Source: Candidatus Thorarchaeota archaeon SMTZ1-45 (lineage in GTDB: Archaea; Asgardarchaeota; Thorarchaeia; Thorarchaeales; Thorarchaeaceae). From it: a DNA stretch of 41,462 bases. Positions 11,401 through 18,886 of this stretch are shown here, piece by piece. The position numbers and the translations under genes are program-made. Numbering within the stretch: position 1 is the stretch's first letter; each line of letters opens with the position of its first letter. The DNA lies in NCBI GenBank assembly GCA_001563335.1, contig LRSL01000077.1, positions 1 to 41,462 of the forward strand. The letters run 5' to 3'. A model generated the notes under the pieces. The model did not search any database. It was not told the DNA's origin and was given only the letters and a program-made list of their open reading frames with translations.

Positions 11401-12476
11401 ACTCTAACGGACAGTCAGCATGTGTGTTGATTGAGTTTTCAAACAATTGTGTTCTATCTGACTGTGAAGTAAGGGACAACTCTTACGGTGGTGTGTATCT
11501 GGAGTCATCCACGGACTGCCTCATCATCAACAACGTGATTATGAACAATCTACTCGATGGAATACGGATCATGGGATCTAGCAACCAGAACACGGTTTAT
11601 GGCAACACACTGGCACTCAACATTGGTGGAAATGGAAAGGACTACGGGATAAATAATGCATGGGATGATGGTATGGGAATAGGTAATATTTGGGATGACT
11701 ATTCGGGTACAGGAGTGTACCAAATTCCTGGTTCTGCTGGAAGCATTGACCACTACCCACTCCTCTACGATATCAACAGACCAAGTATTGATAGCCCGGC
11801 CGACATATACTATGATTATGGAGCAACTAACCAAATCATCACATGGTCGTGCAGTGATGACAATCCATCCTTATTCTATGTATTTGTTAATGGCACTCAG
11901 ATTAATCAAGGTGTTTGGGATGGTAGTAACATCTTCTTCAATGTTACAGGACTTACACCAGGTGTATACGACTATACCTTGCTTATCTATGACTTGGGAG
12001 GAAATTATGCATCCGATTCAGTTCTTGTTATTGTAACTGGTCCAGCACTCCCAAGTATAATAGGAGCTCCCATAGAATCGACAACGATTGAAGTCGGAAG
12101 CTCTGAGAGTGTACTTACCTGGAACGTGGTCACTCCGTTCCCGAACAACTATCAGATTCTTGTCAATGGAACTGTTGTGCAGGAAGGAGATTGGGATGGG
12201 TCTGCGATTACGTTTGGATTGGGTCAACTGAGTGTGGGGTTGTATAACATTACATTAGTGGCATATGATGAACTCGGAAACTTCGCAAGTGATTCAGTAT
12301 GGGTACAGGTGAATCCTTCTTCTTTGGATTTGACGCAAATACCAATATCACAGATTGTTGCTATAGCAGCACTTTGTATACTTGGATACTTTGGCTACAG
12401 GATTCTTGCTCATAGCAAGAAACAGAAGTCAGAATCAGATTGGAGAGAGATGTTAGACGACTTCGGACGTTACTAG
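8487..12476 (+). CDS. Large membrane-anchored right-handed parallel beta-helix (NosD/CASH-like) surface protein with two C-terminal Ig-like repeats
   Basis: N-terminal hydrophobic signal, many N-x-I-x-N-N/GI-x-L beta-helix turns, GNIWDDYSG cap motif, two Ig-like repeats (IITWSCSD...WDGS..., VLTWNVV...WDGS...), C-terminal TM helix and short charged tail. Confidence 0.9.
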   Translation: MALCSLSYSKGVIIVILIVLLVGSSRDDQHFQLNTPSIAKHYSISDYATRSPINVTGDAALDSLGLPGSGNQSQPYLIQGFNFTDYPEDSAIALYDTTRYVTIRDCHFGGSFKVSITLSAAHNVLVFNNSFQAHWRSIYSVGCSNLGVINNTFSYPVALYSSPGCLFTNNILNPVRVYEGHYIKDATNSIIVNNTCVSGGIYVETGTNVTFSNNTVGGKPIGHFEGLQDNIINGADYGQIGINQCRNVTVKGGTFNNNDVAIWVVDSTNCTVQDVNTYNCWSSVGFSRCNQSFVFNATGGFLSSIYGVSISDSQNIIARDCEFTACGYYGVSTWNSERVTIIDNMLQNGGWGIYVYESSQLEVANNQIISNNMGLEVSISQDIQVIGNAILDSQEYGILLNQITTDSVRLSNNNVTGGTIGIEVENSSDGPLIENNTINSGQNYGINLELSTNVTVRLNNFSNCGLGINGLMYTSQFVHGDIQLWKHQINGNTVNTHPLVYLREASDQAVDPSAGQVWLIDCDTISVLSLNVSNSGVGCGIAHSSNIHVSGLISDFNIWGIFLTSTYSCTVEFSRCSFNVEGIYGQVSTNLRIHNNTCKYNDENMVVLGGPGLTVTSNECGHNTGVGVLGSYGSIGIQGCSHADISNNTCYDAWSGIYVSGFNQENVSISGNNCYQTGAGIWTSSLSNSSVVDNFCHDSGEGVGVWLCYNITLLSNVFSEIVDTNVHVYHGSDNTLDSNHFGGCTYATVFFEASPDGAIRNNNLTGDAPIGIQLKDSPRASIYNNTVDIVGSLGSVSVLLNDSSDCILQENLISGAINFGIHSFNSTNTICRNNTIMNCANDGIWFDSSVDGQADSNWISDCLVGIHDSFCNTSIHITNQINNCSKGIFLQESRQSHTEYNILFDNIVGIEIEYSYNIILSHNNISYSQSNGFTLNNVDTCAMTDNLIHNSIDTGLAIYQSQYVTVTNGTFYSNGQSACVLIEFSNNCVLSDCEVRDNSYGGVYLESSTDCLIINNVIMNNLLDGIRIMGSSNQNTVYGNTLALNIGGNGKDYGINNAWDDGMGIGNIWDDYSGTGVYQIPGSAGSIDHYPLLYDINRPSIDSPADIYYDYGATNQIITWSCSDDNPSLFYVFVNGTQINQGVWDGSNIFFNVTGLTPGVYDYTLLIYDLGGNYASDSVLVIVTGPALPSIIGAPIESTTIEVGSSESVLTWNVVTPFPNNYQILVNGTVVQEGDWDGSAITFGLGQLSVGLYNITLVAYDELGNFASDSVWVQVNPSSLDLTQIPISQIVAIAALCILGYFGYRILAHSKKQKSESDWREMLDDFGRY

Positions 12477-12570
12477 AGTGTGGTTTTATCATAGTAGGAA
12501 GTAGTTTAATCCACATAGCGGGAGTGAAGTGATTTCACCTTAAGCAGTGATTGAAACTTACATGAGCTGT

Positions 12571-13440
12571 TTATTTGTGTACTAAATGTTGTAGGATAGG
12601 TATTGCAGAAACCCTGTTCATCTCAAGCCCCACCTCACTCTCATCAAGACCCATTGCAAGGCCGAGTATCTGCGGATAGAGAAGGACTGGGAGGTTATAC
12701 TCCTCACCATAAGACTCCTTCAGACCCAGCTGTTGCAGGTCAAGTTGATTGCAACAAGCAGGACAAACGACAGTAATAAAAACCGCTCCTGCTTCCTTCA
12801 TTGATTTGAGCTTGTCCCGAGCGAGTCTTATGGCTAGATCCTCATCTACAGGGAGCACAGTGGCACCACAACACTGTTTCCACAAGGGATACTCGATGAC
12901 CTGCGCGCCAGTGACTCTCATAAGTTCATCCAGAATAATTGGAGTGATTTCAGTAACATCTGTAGGTCGAAGAACATGACATCCATAGTGAATCGCTATA
13001 CCAACACCATCAAGGGGTCTTGTAATCTTCTTTCTTATGGAGTCAATACCAACATCTGCATGGAGGACCTCTATGAAATGACGTGGTCTGCTTATGCCCT
13101 TAAACTCAAAACCCTCTTGTTTCAATTCATCGTTGACCTTTTCTCTGGTTTTTGTATCATGCCTTAGAAGATGATATACATCTTTTAGACTACCAAAGCA
13201 ACCATTACAAGGAGTGACGACATCGTGTCCAATTCTGTCAGCTATCGCAAGGGTACGAGCGTTCACTTTCAACCAACCTAAATAGTCCATTGCTCTCAGA
13301 TTTGGACTGCCACAACATGCCACATCTTCTAAGTATTCTAGTTCCAGTTCCAAGATTTCTGCGACACGACACATGGACGCTTCATAGTTGGGATAGTTCG
13401 CAGGCACGCTGCAACCCATATAGAGGCTATATTTGGGCAT
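12571..13440 (-). CDS. hdrB: Heterodisulfide reductase subunit B (copy 2)
   Basis: Two CCG domains: YMGC...CCG...PCNGC and HYGCH...CCGA...CPAC. Start set to ATG 13440 directly after the hdrC stop. Confidence 0.93.
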   Translation of the reverse strand: MPKYSLYMGCSVPANYPNYEASMCRVAEILELELEYLEDVACCGSPNLRAMDYLGWLKVNARTLAIADRIGHDVVTPCNGCFGSLKDVYHLLRHDTKTREKVNDELKQEGFEFKGISRPRHFIEVLHADVGIDSIRKKITRPLDGVGIAIHYGCHVLRPTDVTEITPIILDELMRVTGAQVIEYPLWKQCCGATVLPVDEDLAIRLARDKLKSMKEAGAVFITVVCPACCNQLDLQQLGLKESYGEEYNLPVLLYPQILGLAMGLDESEVGLEMNRVSAIPILQHLVHK

Positions 13441-13441
13441 G

Positions 13442-13984
13442 TCACTTCCCCTCCTTGACAAGTCGACCAGTGCGAGTTTCACTTAGGATTTTTTTCACAG
13501 GATCCGTTGAGAGACCTGGCACCTCCGGTTCGAGATCCAAGTCTTCCCGCTCCCAATCAGCAGTGACTGTATATAGCTGACCCTTCTCAATGAGCTCCTT
13601 TCCAAGTGCGATGATACTACTTGGAACACTTCCCTCTTCAGCTGCAAGGTTCTTGCAGTCAAAGAAGATGTCTGTAACGCGTACAAGTTGAGGACATCGT
13701 TCCTGACACTCAAAGCATGTCAAACAGAGCCAGATTTCCTTCGAGGAGAGCACCTTTTCCCTCATCCCAAGGAGAATCATCCGAATCAACTGATGCGGTT
13801 TGATGTCCCAGACATTTGCAATTGGACATGCAGCTGTACAGGTTGAGCAAGCAAAACATGCAGATAGATCTTCGGCATTTGGCATGCTTTGTATCTCTCT
13901 TCTAAAACCTAGGTCAAGCTGTGACATGTCAATTGGGTCAATAAGAACTTCTGGAGGGGTTATCTTGTTTCGAGTTTCAGTCAG
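13442..13984 (-). CDS. hdrC: Heterodisulfide reductase subunit C (copy 2)
   Basis: CFACSTCTAACP and WLCLTCFECQERCPQ. The track starts at ATG 13927, but the frame is open back to CTG 13984, which overlaps the hdrA stop (CTGA) and lies 7 nt after GGAGGTG. Confidence 0.93.
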   Translation of the reverse strand: MTETRNKITPPEVLIDPIDMSQLDLGFRREIQSMPNAEDLSACFACSTCTAACPIANVWDIKPHQLIRMILLGMREKVLSSKEIWLCLTCFECQERCPQLVRVTDIFFDCKNLAAEEGSVPSSIIALGKELIEKGQLYTVTADWEREDLDLEPEVPGLSTDPVKKILSETRTGRLVKEGK

Positions 13985-16014
13985 GTTGATGCACCTCCAG
14001 ATGTCTTTTCTGCCTGCTCACGTTTTTTGTGAGCTGAAATGAGACCGAGAATCTCAGCCTCTATCTGTTCGGTCGTGAAATGCCTTCGCGAGATGGCTCC
14101 CGTGGGACACACAACCTGACACTTTCCACAGCCTGTACAGAGGATTGAACTGATTTCTGCCAGTTCTTTTTCGTCATCTGTGACAGTCATAGATATTGCA
14201 GTGAATGGACAGACCTTCTCGCAGAGACCGCACCCTATGCAGAGGGCATCATCAACAACCGCCTTGTCCATCTGCACTCGGACCCTGCCCTTGAGCACAT
14301 GTGACGCGGCTGCACTTGCTGCAGCTTTTCCGTCAGCGACGCTAGCAGGGATATCCTTAGGGCTCTGACAGGCTCCAGCGATGAACACACCTCTTGATTT
14401 TGTGTTCACCGGTTCGAGTTTTGGATGGAGCTCCTTCATGAAGCCCCCTTCACTTCGATCCACACCAATCATATGTGCAAGATGAGCTGCTCCCGGCGAT
14501 GGGTCTATAGCCATGGTCAGGACTACCATGTCAAAGTTGAGACGTAGTAGACTACCTGTCCCTTGATCGAAGACGGTGAAAGAGATACTTCCATCCTTTT
14601 CTTCAGTCATGTCACTCGGGAACCCTCGCACGAATCGTACTCCACTCTCACGCACTCGTCTGTAGAACTGTTCATACTCTTTACCTCCAGCCCTGAGCTC
14701 ATGATAGATAATCCATTGTTCAATGTCATCAGGATACAATCTTTGAGTCATCTCTGCATGTCTGAGTGTGTACATGCATCCAAAGTTGCAACACCAGGGG
14801 CGACGATTCTCATCTCTTGAACCTGCACAGTTGATATACGCTATGCGTTTGGGAGGCTGCTCAAACTTCGGTGGGATGAGTATCTTACCCTCAGTTGGTC
14901 CCACCAGACTTAGTAAGCGACCATACTGACCTGCGGTTACCACACGGTCAAATTTGCCTCCCCCATATTCAGGCAGTTCCTTGATGTCCATCTCTATGAA
15001 TCCTGTTGCAGCAACGATTGCACCAACAGTGATCTCAATCTCTTCCTCTTCAACATCATATGAGATGGCATCACTGGGACACTTCTCGGAACAGATAGTG
15101 CAACCATCGGTCCAGTGAGTGCATGATTCCCTGTCAAGGAAGAACACTCCTGGAACCGCTTGTGGAAAGGGTTTGTAAATCGCCTTTCTCTCCTCAAGTC
15201 CGAGATTCCACTCATCAGGGCCTTTTGCAGGACAGTTTCGTTCACAAGCTCCACAGTTGATACATTTCTCTATGTCAACATATCGAGGGTATTTCTTCAC
15301 GCGTACCCTGAAGTTACCATAGTCCCGTTCAACCTCAATGACCTCTGAATAGCTGAGAAGCTCAATATTCTTGTGACGTTCAACTGCAGATAGTTTGGGA
15401 GAGAGAATACACATCGAGCAGTCAAGTGTAGGGAAGGTCTTTTCCAGACGGGCCATATAACCTCCGATTGACGTGTACTTCTCTACGAGGTATACCTTGA
15501 TGTCCTTGTCAGCAAGGTCAAGCGCAGATTGTATTCCGGCTATGCCAGCACCTATCACGAGAACACTCTTTTCCACCGGATATTCCTCAAATCCAATGTC
15601 TTCCAGCTTCTTTGCCCGTTCAATCGCAGCCACGACAAGGTCGTAGGCAACTTTGTATGCCTCTTCTGGGTTGTCGTCATGGATCCACGTGTCATGTTCT
15701 CGAAGGTTTGCCTGAGCCAAACGGAAGGGATTGAGACCATTCTCTTCAAGAATCTCTCTGAATAACTGTTCATGGAGCTTTGGCGTGCAAGCGCCAATAA
15801 CAACACCGGTGAGATTGTGATCTTTGATCTGCTTGGCTATTGTGTCCTGTCCATCTTTTGAGCAGGTGAACATGTTGGATGTAGTGAACACAACACCTGG
15901 ATAGTCCTTAAACTCCCGGGCAAGCTTCCTGACATTGATTACACCACCAATGTTAGTCCCGCAGCTACAGATGAAGACTCCAATACGATCTTCCGTGTCC
16001 TTCTTTTTTGTCAA
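13981..16014 (-). CDS. hdrA: Heterodisulfide reductase subunit A, full length
   Basis: N-terminal CSCGTNI domain, GAGIAG FAD motif, KTFPTLDCSMC, inserted 2x[4Fe-4S] domain, CAGSRD...CCNFGC, C-terminal 2x[4Fe-4S] domain. TTG start 9 nt after GGAGGTG. Confidence 0.95.
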   Translation of the reverse strand: MTKKKDTEDRIGVFICSCGTNIGGVINVRKLAREFKDYPGVVFTTSNMFTCSKDGQDTIAKQIKDHNLTGVVIGACTPKLHEQLFREILEENGLNPFRLAQANLREHDTWIHDDNPEEAYKVAYDLVVAAIERAKKLEDIGFEEYPVEKSVLVIGAGIAGIQSALDLADKDIKVYLVEKYTSIGGYMARLEKTFPTLDCSMCILSPKLSAVERHKNIELLSYSEVIEVERDYGNFRVRVKKYPRYVDIEKCINCGACERNCPAKGPDEWNLGLEERKAIYKPFPQAVPGVFFLDRESCTHWTDGCTICSEKCPSDAISYDVEEEEIEITVGAIVAATGFIEMDIKELPEYGGGKFDRVVTAGQYGRLLSLVGPTEGKILIPPKFEQPPKRIAYINCAGSRDENRRPWCCNFGCMYTLRHAEMTQRLYPDDIEQWIIYHELRAGGKEYEQFYRRVRESGVRFVRGFPSDMTEEKDGSISFTVFDQGTGSLLRLNFDMVVLTMAIDPSPGAAHLAHMIGVDRSEGGFMKELHPKLEPVNTKSRGVFIAGACQSPKDIPASVADGKAAASAAASHVLKGRVRVQMDKAVVDDALCIGCGLCEKVCPFTAISMTVTDDEKELAEISSILCTGCGKCQVVCPTGAISRRHFTTEQIEAEILGLISAHKKREQAEKTSGGAST

Positions 16015-16929
16015 TTAGGATTGCACCTCCAGTTTCCCCCGCACAGGGCTGGGTCCCAGATTCTTGATTCTCTCAACAAACTCTGTCACTATTTCAGCGA
16101 ACCTAATACCCATGGCCGCTGAGGCGAAGTCAATGTACAGTCTGCCGCCCAGACCAATCTCCTCAAAAATACTCTGCCAGAATTTGACGAAGTCAGCCTG
16201 CATGAAGTTACCAGCCAATGGGTCATCACCACCATAGTGACATTCTGAGAGAAGGCATCCAGTCACTAGAACCCCGTCGACTCCGTTCTCCAATGCGGTC
16301 ATTATCTGAATGGGTTCCACCGCTCCACTACAAGGCACTCTTACTGTTCGAATATTTGTGGGATAGTGTAGATGCATCAGCCCTGCTAAGTCAGCTGCTG
16401 CATGAGAGCACTCCCAACACACAAAGCAGATTATGAATGGCTCCCAATCATGAATCTCTACGACTGGGGGTGGTTCTACTTCGCCAATGACGCTCACTAG
16501 ATCATATGTCTTCTCCAGTGAGAGACAGTCTTCTTTGCAGGCTTCAACGCACTTGTTACAGGCAATACACTTCTGAGCTGACCAAGAGATAGAACCATAA
16601 CCAGGAAGTCCTTCAGGAACAGAGATGGTCTGAACCTCGCCATTCTGTTTCAGTACTTGCAACAATGAAACCAATGACTCACGATTCTTTGACCTAAAGC
16701 CTTCTTCGGGTATCACTGCGTTAATATACTCTGGAAGTCTAAGTGAAGGTTCCAGCTCGAGAGCCTCAACTTCGCATGCCTCAATGCACTTCTTGCAAGC
16801 ACTACATGAGGGCGGTATATAGCTGATAGTGCCAAATCCCTCAACCTTTTCCGGGACTTCCAAGATTCGAGTGGGTGTCTTCACTGCAATGTTTCGTATC
16901 TTCTGAATGAGCCGTTCTCGCTTATCCAC
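16015..16929 (-). CDS. mvhD: Ferredoxin-MvhD fusion (two [4Fe-4S] motifs plus [2Fe-2S] MvhD/FlpD domain)
   Basis: CSACKKCIEAC and CIACNKCVEAC, then FVCWECSHAAADLAG, RVPCSG, GVLVTGC...CHY, LGPSP. Confidence 0.88.
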   Translation of the reverse strand: MDKRERLIQKIRNIAVKTPTRILEVPEKVEGFGTISYIPPSCSACKKCIEACEVEALELEPSLRLPEYINAVIPEEGFRSKNRESLVSLLQVLKQNGEVQTISVPEGLPGYGSISWSAQKCIACNKCVEACKEDCLSLEKTYDLVSVIGEVEPPPVVEIHDWEPFIICFVCWECSHAAADLAGLMHLHYPTNIRTVRVPCSGAVEPIQIMTALENGVDGVLVTGCLLSECHYGGDDPLAGNFMQADFVKFWQSIFEEIGLGGRLYIDFASAAMGIRFAEIVTEFVERIKNLGPSPVRGKLEVQS

Positions 16930-18886
16930 GCAGCTCCACCTCCTTCTGCATCTTCTCAGGCGTTGCTGCCATCATATACGTGGCTCTCACCCGATCTGGG
17001 TCTTGCCCAACCTCACGCAGCATCTCCCTGGTGAGTTGGACCACGAGTTCTGATAGATGATCACCAGTCTGGTGATGACACCCACCAGGTGGGCAATGTG
17101 CCACAATGACTCTTTCAGCCCCTACAACCAGACCTTTCAGAATCTCAATTGGAGAAACCATCCCAGCACAGGGAAATTGGATTACATATGTTCCTGAGGC
17201 ATAGCTCTTGCCAGTAAAACCAGCTTGGTCAATAGAGGCATTTGCACACTCACTGCAGGCATAAACAAGTGTGAATGGTTTATTCCTCTCAAGGTGACTG
17301 TGAGTTTTCGCTATTGTTTCGAGTCTAGTAAACCAGCTCTCCTTGCTGTGAGACTGAAACTCTATGGCTCGAGTTGGACAGGCGGACACGCAAATGCCAC
17401 AAAACTCACAATGGACTGGAATGTGTATTACTTTGTCCTCGAACAGTCGCAAGGCATCATTTGGACAAGCTGTTATACATGCCTTGCACACATCACAGCT
17501 CTCGTCATCAATGAGTGGTGTCCACCCGGAATGTTTCAAAGGCGACCTGACTACTTTGAAAGCCTCCAAGACTGCATTCTGAGCTGAAACCAGAGCGTGA
17601 GAGAGGTCCATTACTGTCTTTGCACCTCCAGCAATGAAGATACCTCTTCGAGAGGTCTGTACAGGTTTCATCTTACTGTATCTAGTCTTAATGAAGCCGT
17701 TATCATCACATTCTACACCCAAAGCTGCAGCGAGCCGAGTCGTGTCACTGATTGGACCGACAAGCTCATTGATTGCGAGTGTGTCTACTGTGACCTCTCT
17801 CACTATCGACTCAAGTCTGTTCTCAATTAGACAGGTCAATCCACCATCATGCTCTTTGACCTGTTTCACATTACCACGCAAAAAGATGACCCCTGAGTTA
17901 CGAGCTCTGCGATATAGGTTCTCATCATCTGTCTGGATGTCTGAGTGTGATACAAAGATGATATTGCCCTGGCTAGCAAGCTCTTCGGTCATTCTCAGGA
18001 GATGACTGCCCTCAGCTGAAGACATTTCGACATCAGGGTCAGTAACGACCAAGATGTTGGAGCCCTTCTTTGCGTTTTTCTTTCCTGATCTAGTGACCAA
18101 GCTCTGTAGAGTAAGGACCCTCTCGGATTTTCCATAACGACATTTCTTTGCTATGTTAGGAATGTATTGCTGAGTGCCTGTGGCGATTATGATAGCCCCG
18201 TAGTCTTGTGTGGTTAGGTTGTCCTCAGAGTCTTTCCACGTAATCTCATATGACCCCATTTGCCCCTCAATCTCTTGCACATACCCCTGAGCCCGCTCCA
18301 CACCAGATAGTGATTTGTGAAGCGTCTTGAGCATTTGGGCTAGTGTTTCTTTATCACTCATGAAGAAATGGTCTTCGTAGTACTTTTCATCATTCTGACC
18401 TGGAGGTTCCAGAAGGGTTACCCCAACTCTTAGCTTCTGGAGGTCGGATGCAGCTTTTAGCCCAGCAATTCCGCCACCAATAATGAGAACTCGTTCAATC
18501 ATGTTCTCATTGAACTCAATTGGAGGCTCCATATAGTCCAGCTGTAATGCGGCATCCGTTAACAGTACTATCGCTTTACTGGTTGCAGACTTGCTATCCT
18601 CAGAGTGCACCCAAACAACATGTTCTCTGAGAGGGACAAAGGAAATTAAATCGGTCTTAAGTTTCTCTTTCACTGGGATGCCAATGATTTGAGAGCTGCA
18701 CGCTCCAATTGCTACTTGATCACCATTTGAAACACTCTTCTTAATCTTGGTGAGCCCATCTTCCAGACATAAACTGTCTACGGTTTCAATCGTATCGAAT
18801 GCCTTGGCGACTTCCTTCTCGACCTTAGAAAAGTCTACGGTCTTGTTTAGTGTATTATTACAGGTACAGAGAAACAGCTTCTTCAT
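16922..18886 (-). CDS. Divergent HdrA-like flavoprotein fused to ferredoxin and MvhD (QmoB-like architecture)
   Basis: N-terminal CTCNNT...C...GACS...REHVVWVH domain, GGGIAG, GIFIAG, CDVCKACITACP / CEFCGICVSACP, MvhD-like ACSECA...PCAG...CPPGGCHH. The DCxxC motif, inserted ferredoxin and CxGSR cluster motif are absent. Confidence 0.88.
   Translation of the reverse strand: MKKLFLCTCNNTLNKTVDFSKVEKEVAKAFDTIETVDSLCLEDGLTKIKKSVSNGDQVAIGACSSQIIGIPVKEKLKTDLISFVPLREHVVWVHSEDSKSATSKAIVLLTDAALQLDYMEPPIEFNENMIERVLIIGGGIAGLKAASDLQKLRVGVTLLEPPGQNDEKYYEDHFFMSDKETLAQMLKTLHKSLSGVERAQGYVQEIEGQMGSYEITWKDSEDNLTTQDYGAIIIATGTQQYIPNIAKKCRYGKSERVLTLQSLVTRSGKKNAKKGSNILVVTDPDVEMSSAEGSHLLRMTEELASQGNIIFVSHSDIQTDDENLYRRARNSGVIFLRGNVKQVKEHDGGLTCLIENRLESIVREVTVDTLAINELVGPISDTTRLAAALGVECDDNGFIKTRYSKMKPVQTSRRGIFIAGGAKTVMDLSHALVSAQNAVLEAFKVVRSPLKHSGWTPLIDDESCDVCKACITACPNDALRLFEDKVIHIPVHCEFCGICVSACPTRAIEFQSHSKESWFTRLETIAKTHSHLERNKPFTLVYACSECANASIDQAGFTGKSYASGTYVIQFPCAGMVSPIEILKGLVVGAERVIVAHCPPGGCHHQTGDHLSELVVQLTREMLREVGQDPDRVRATYMMAATPEKMQKEVELRG

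Noticed and set aside
8487-12476. NosD of nitrous oxide reduction, or a mobile element interrupting etf-hdr
   Set aside because: No nosZ/F/Y/L neighbours; no transposase, integrase or terminal repeats recognised.
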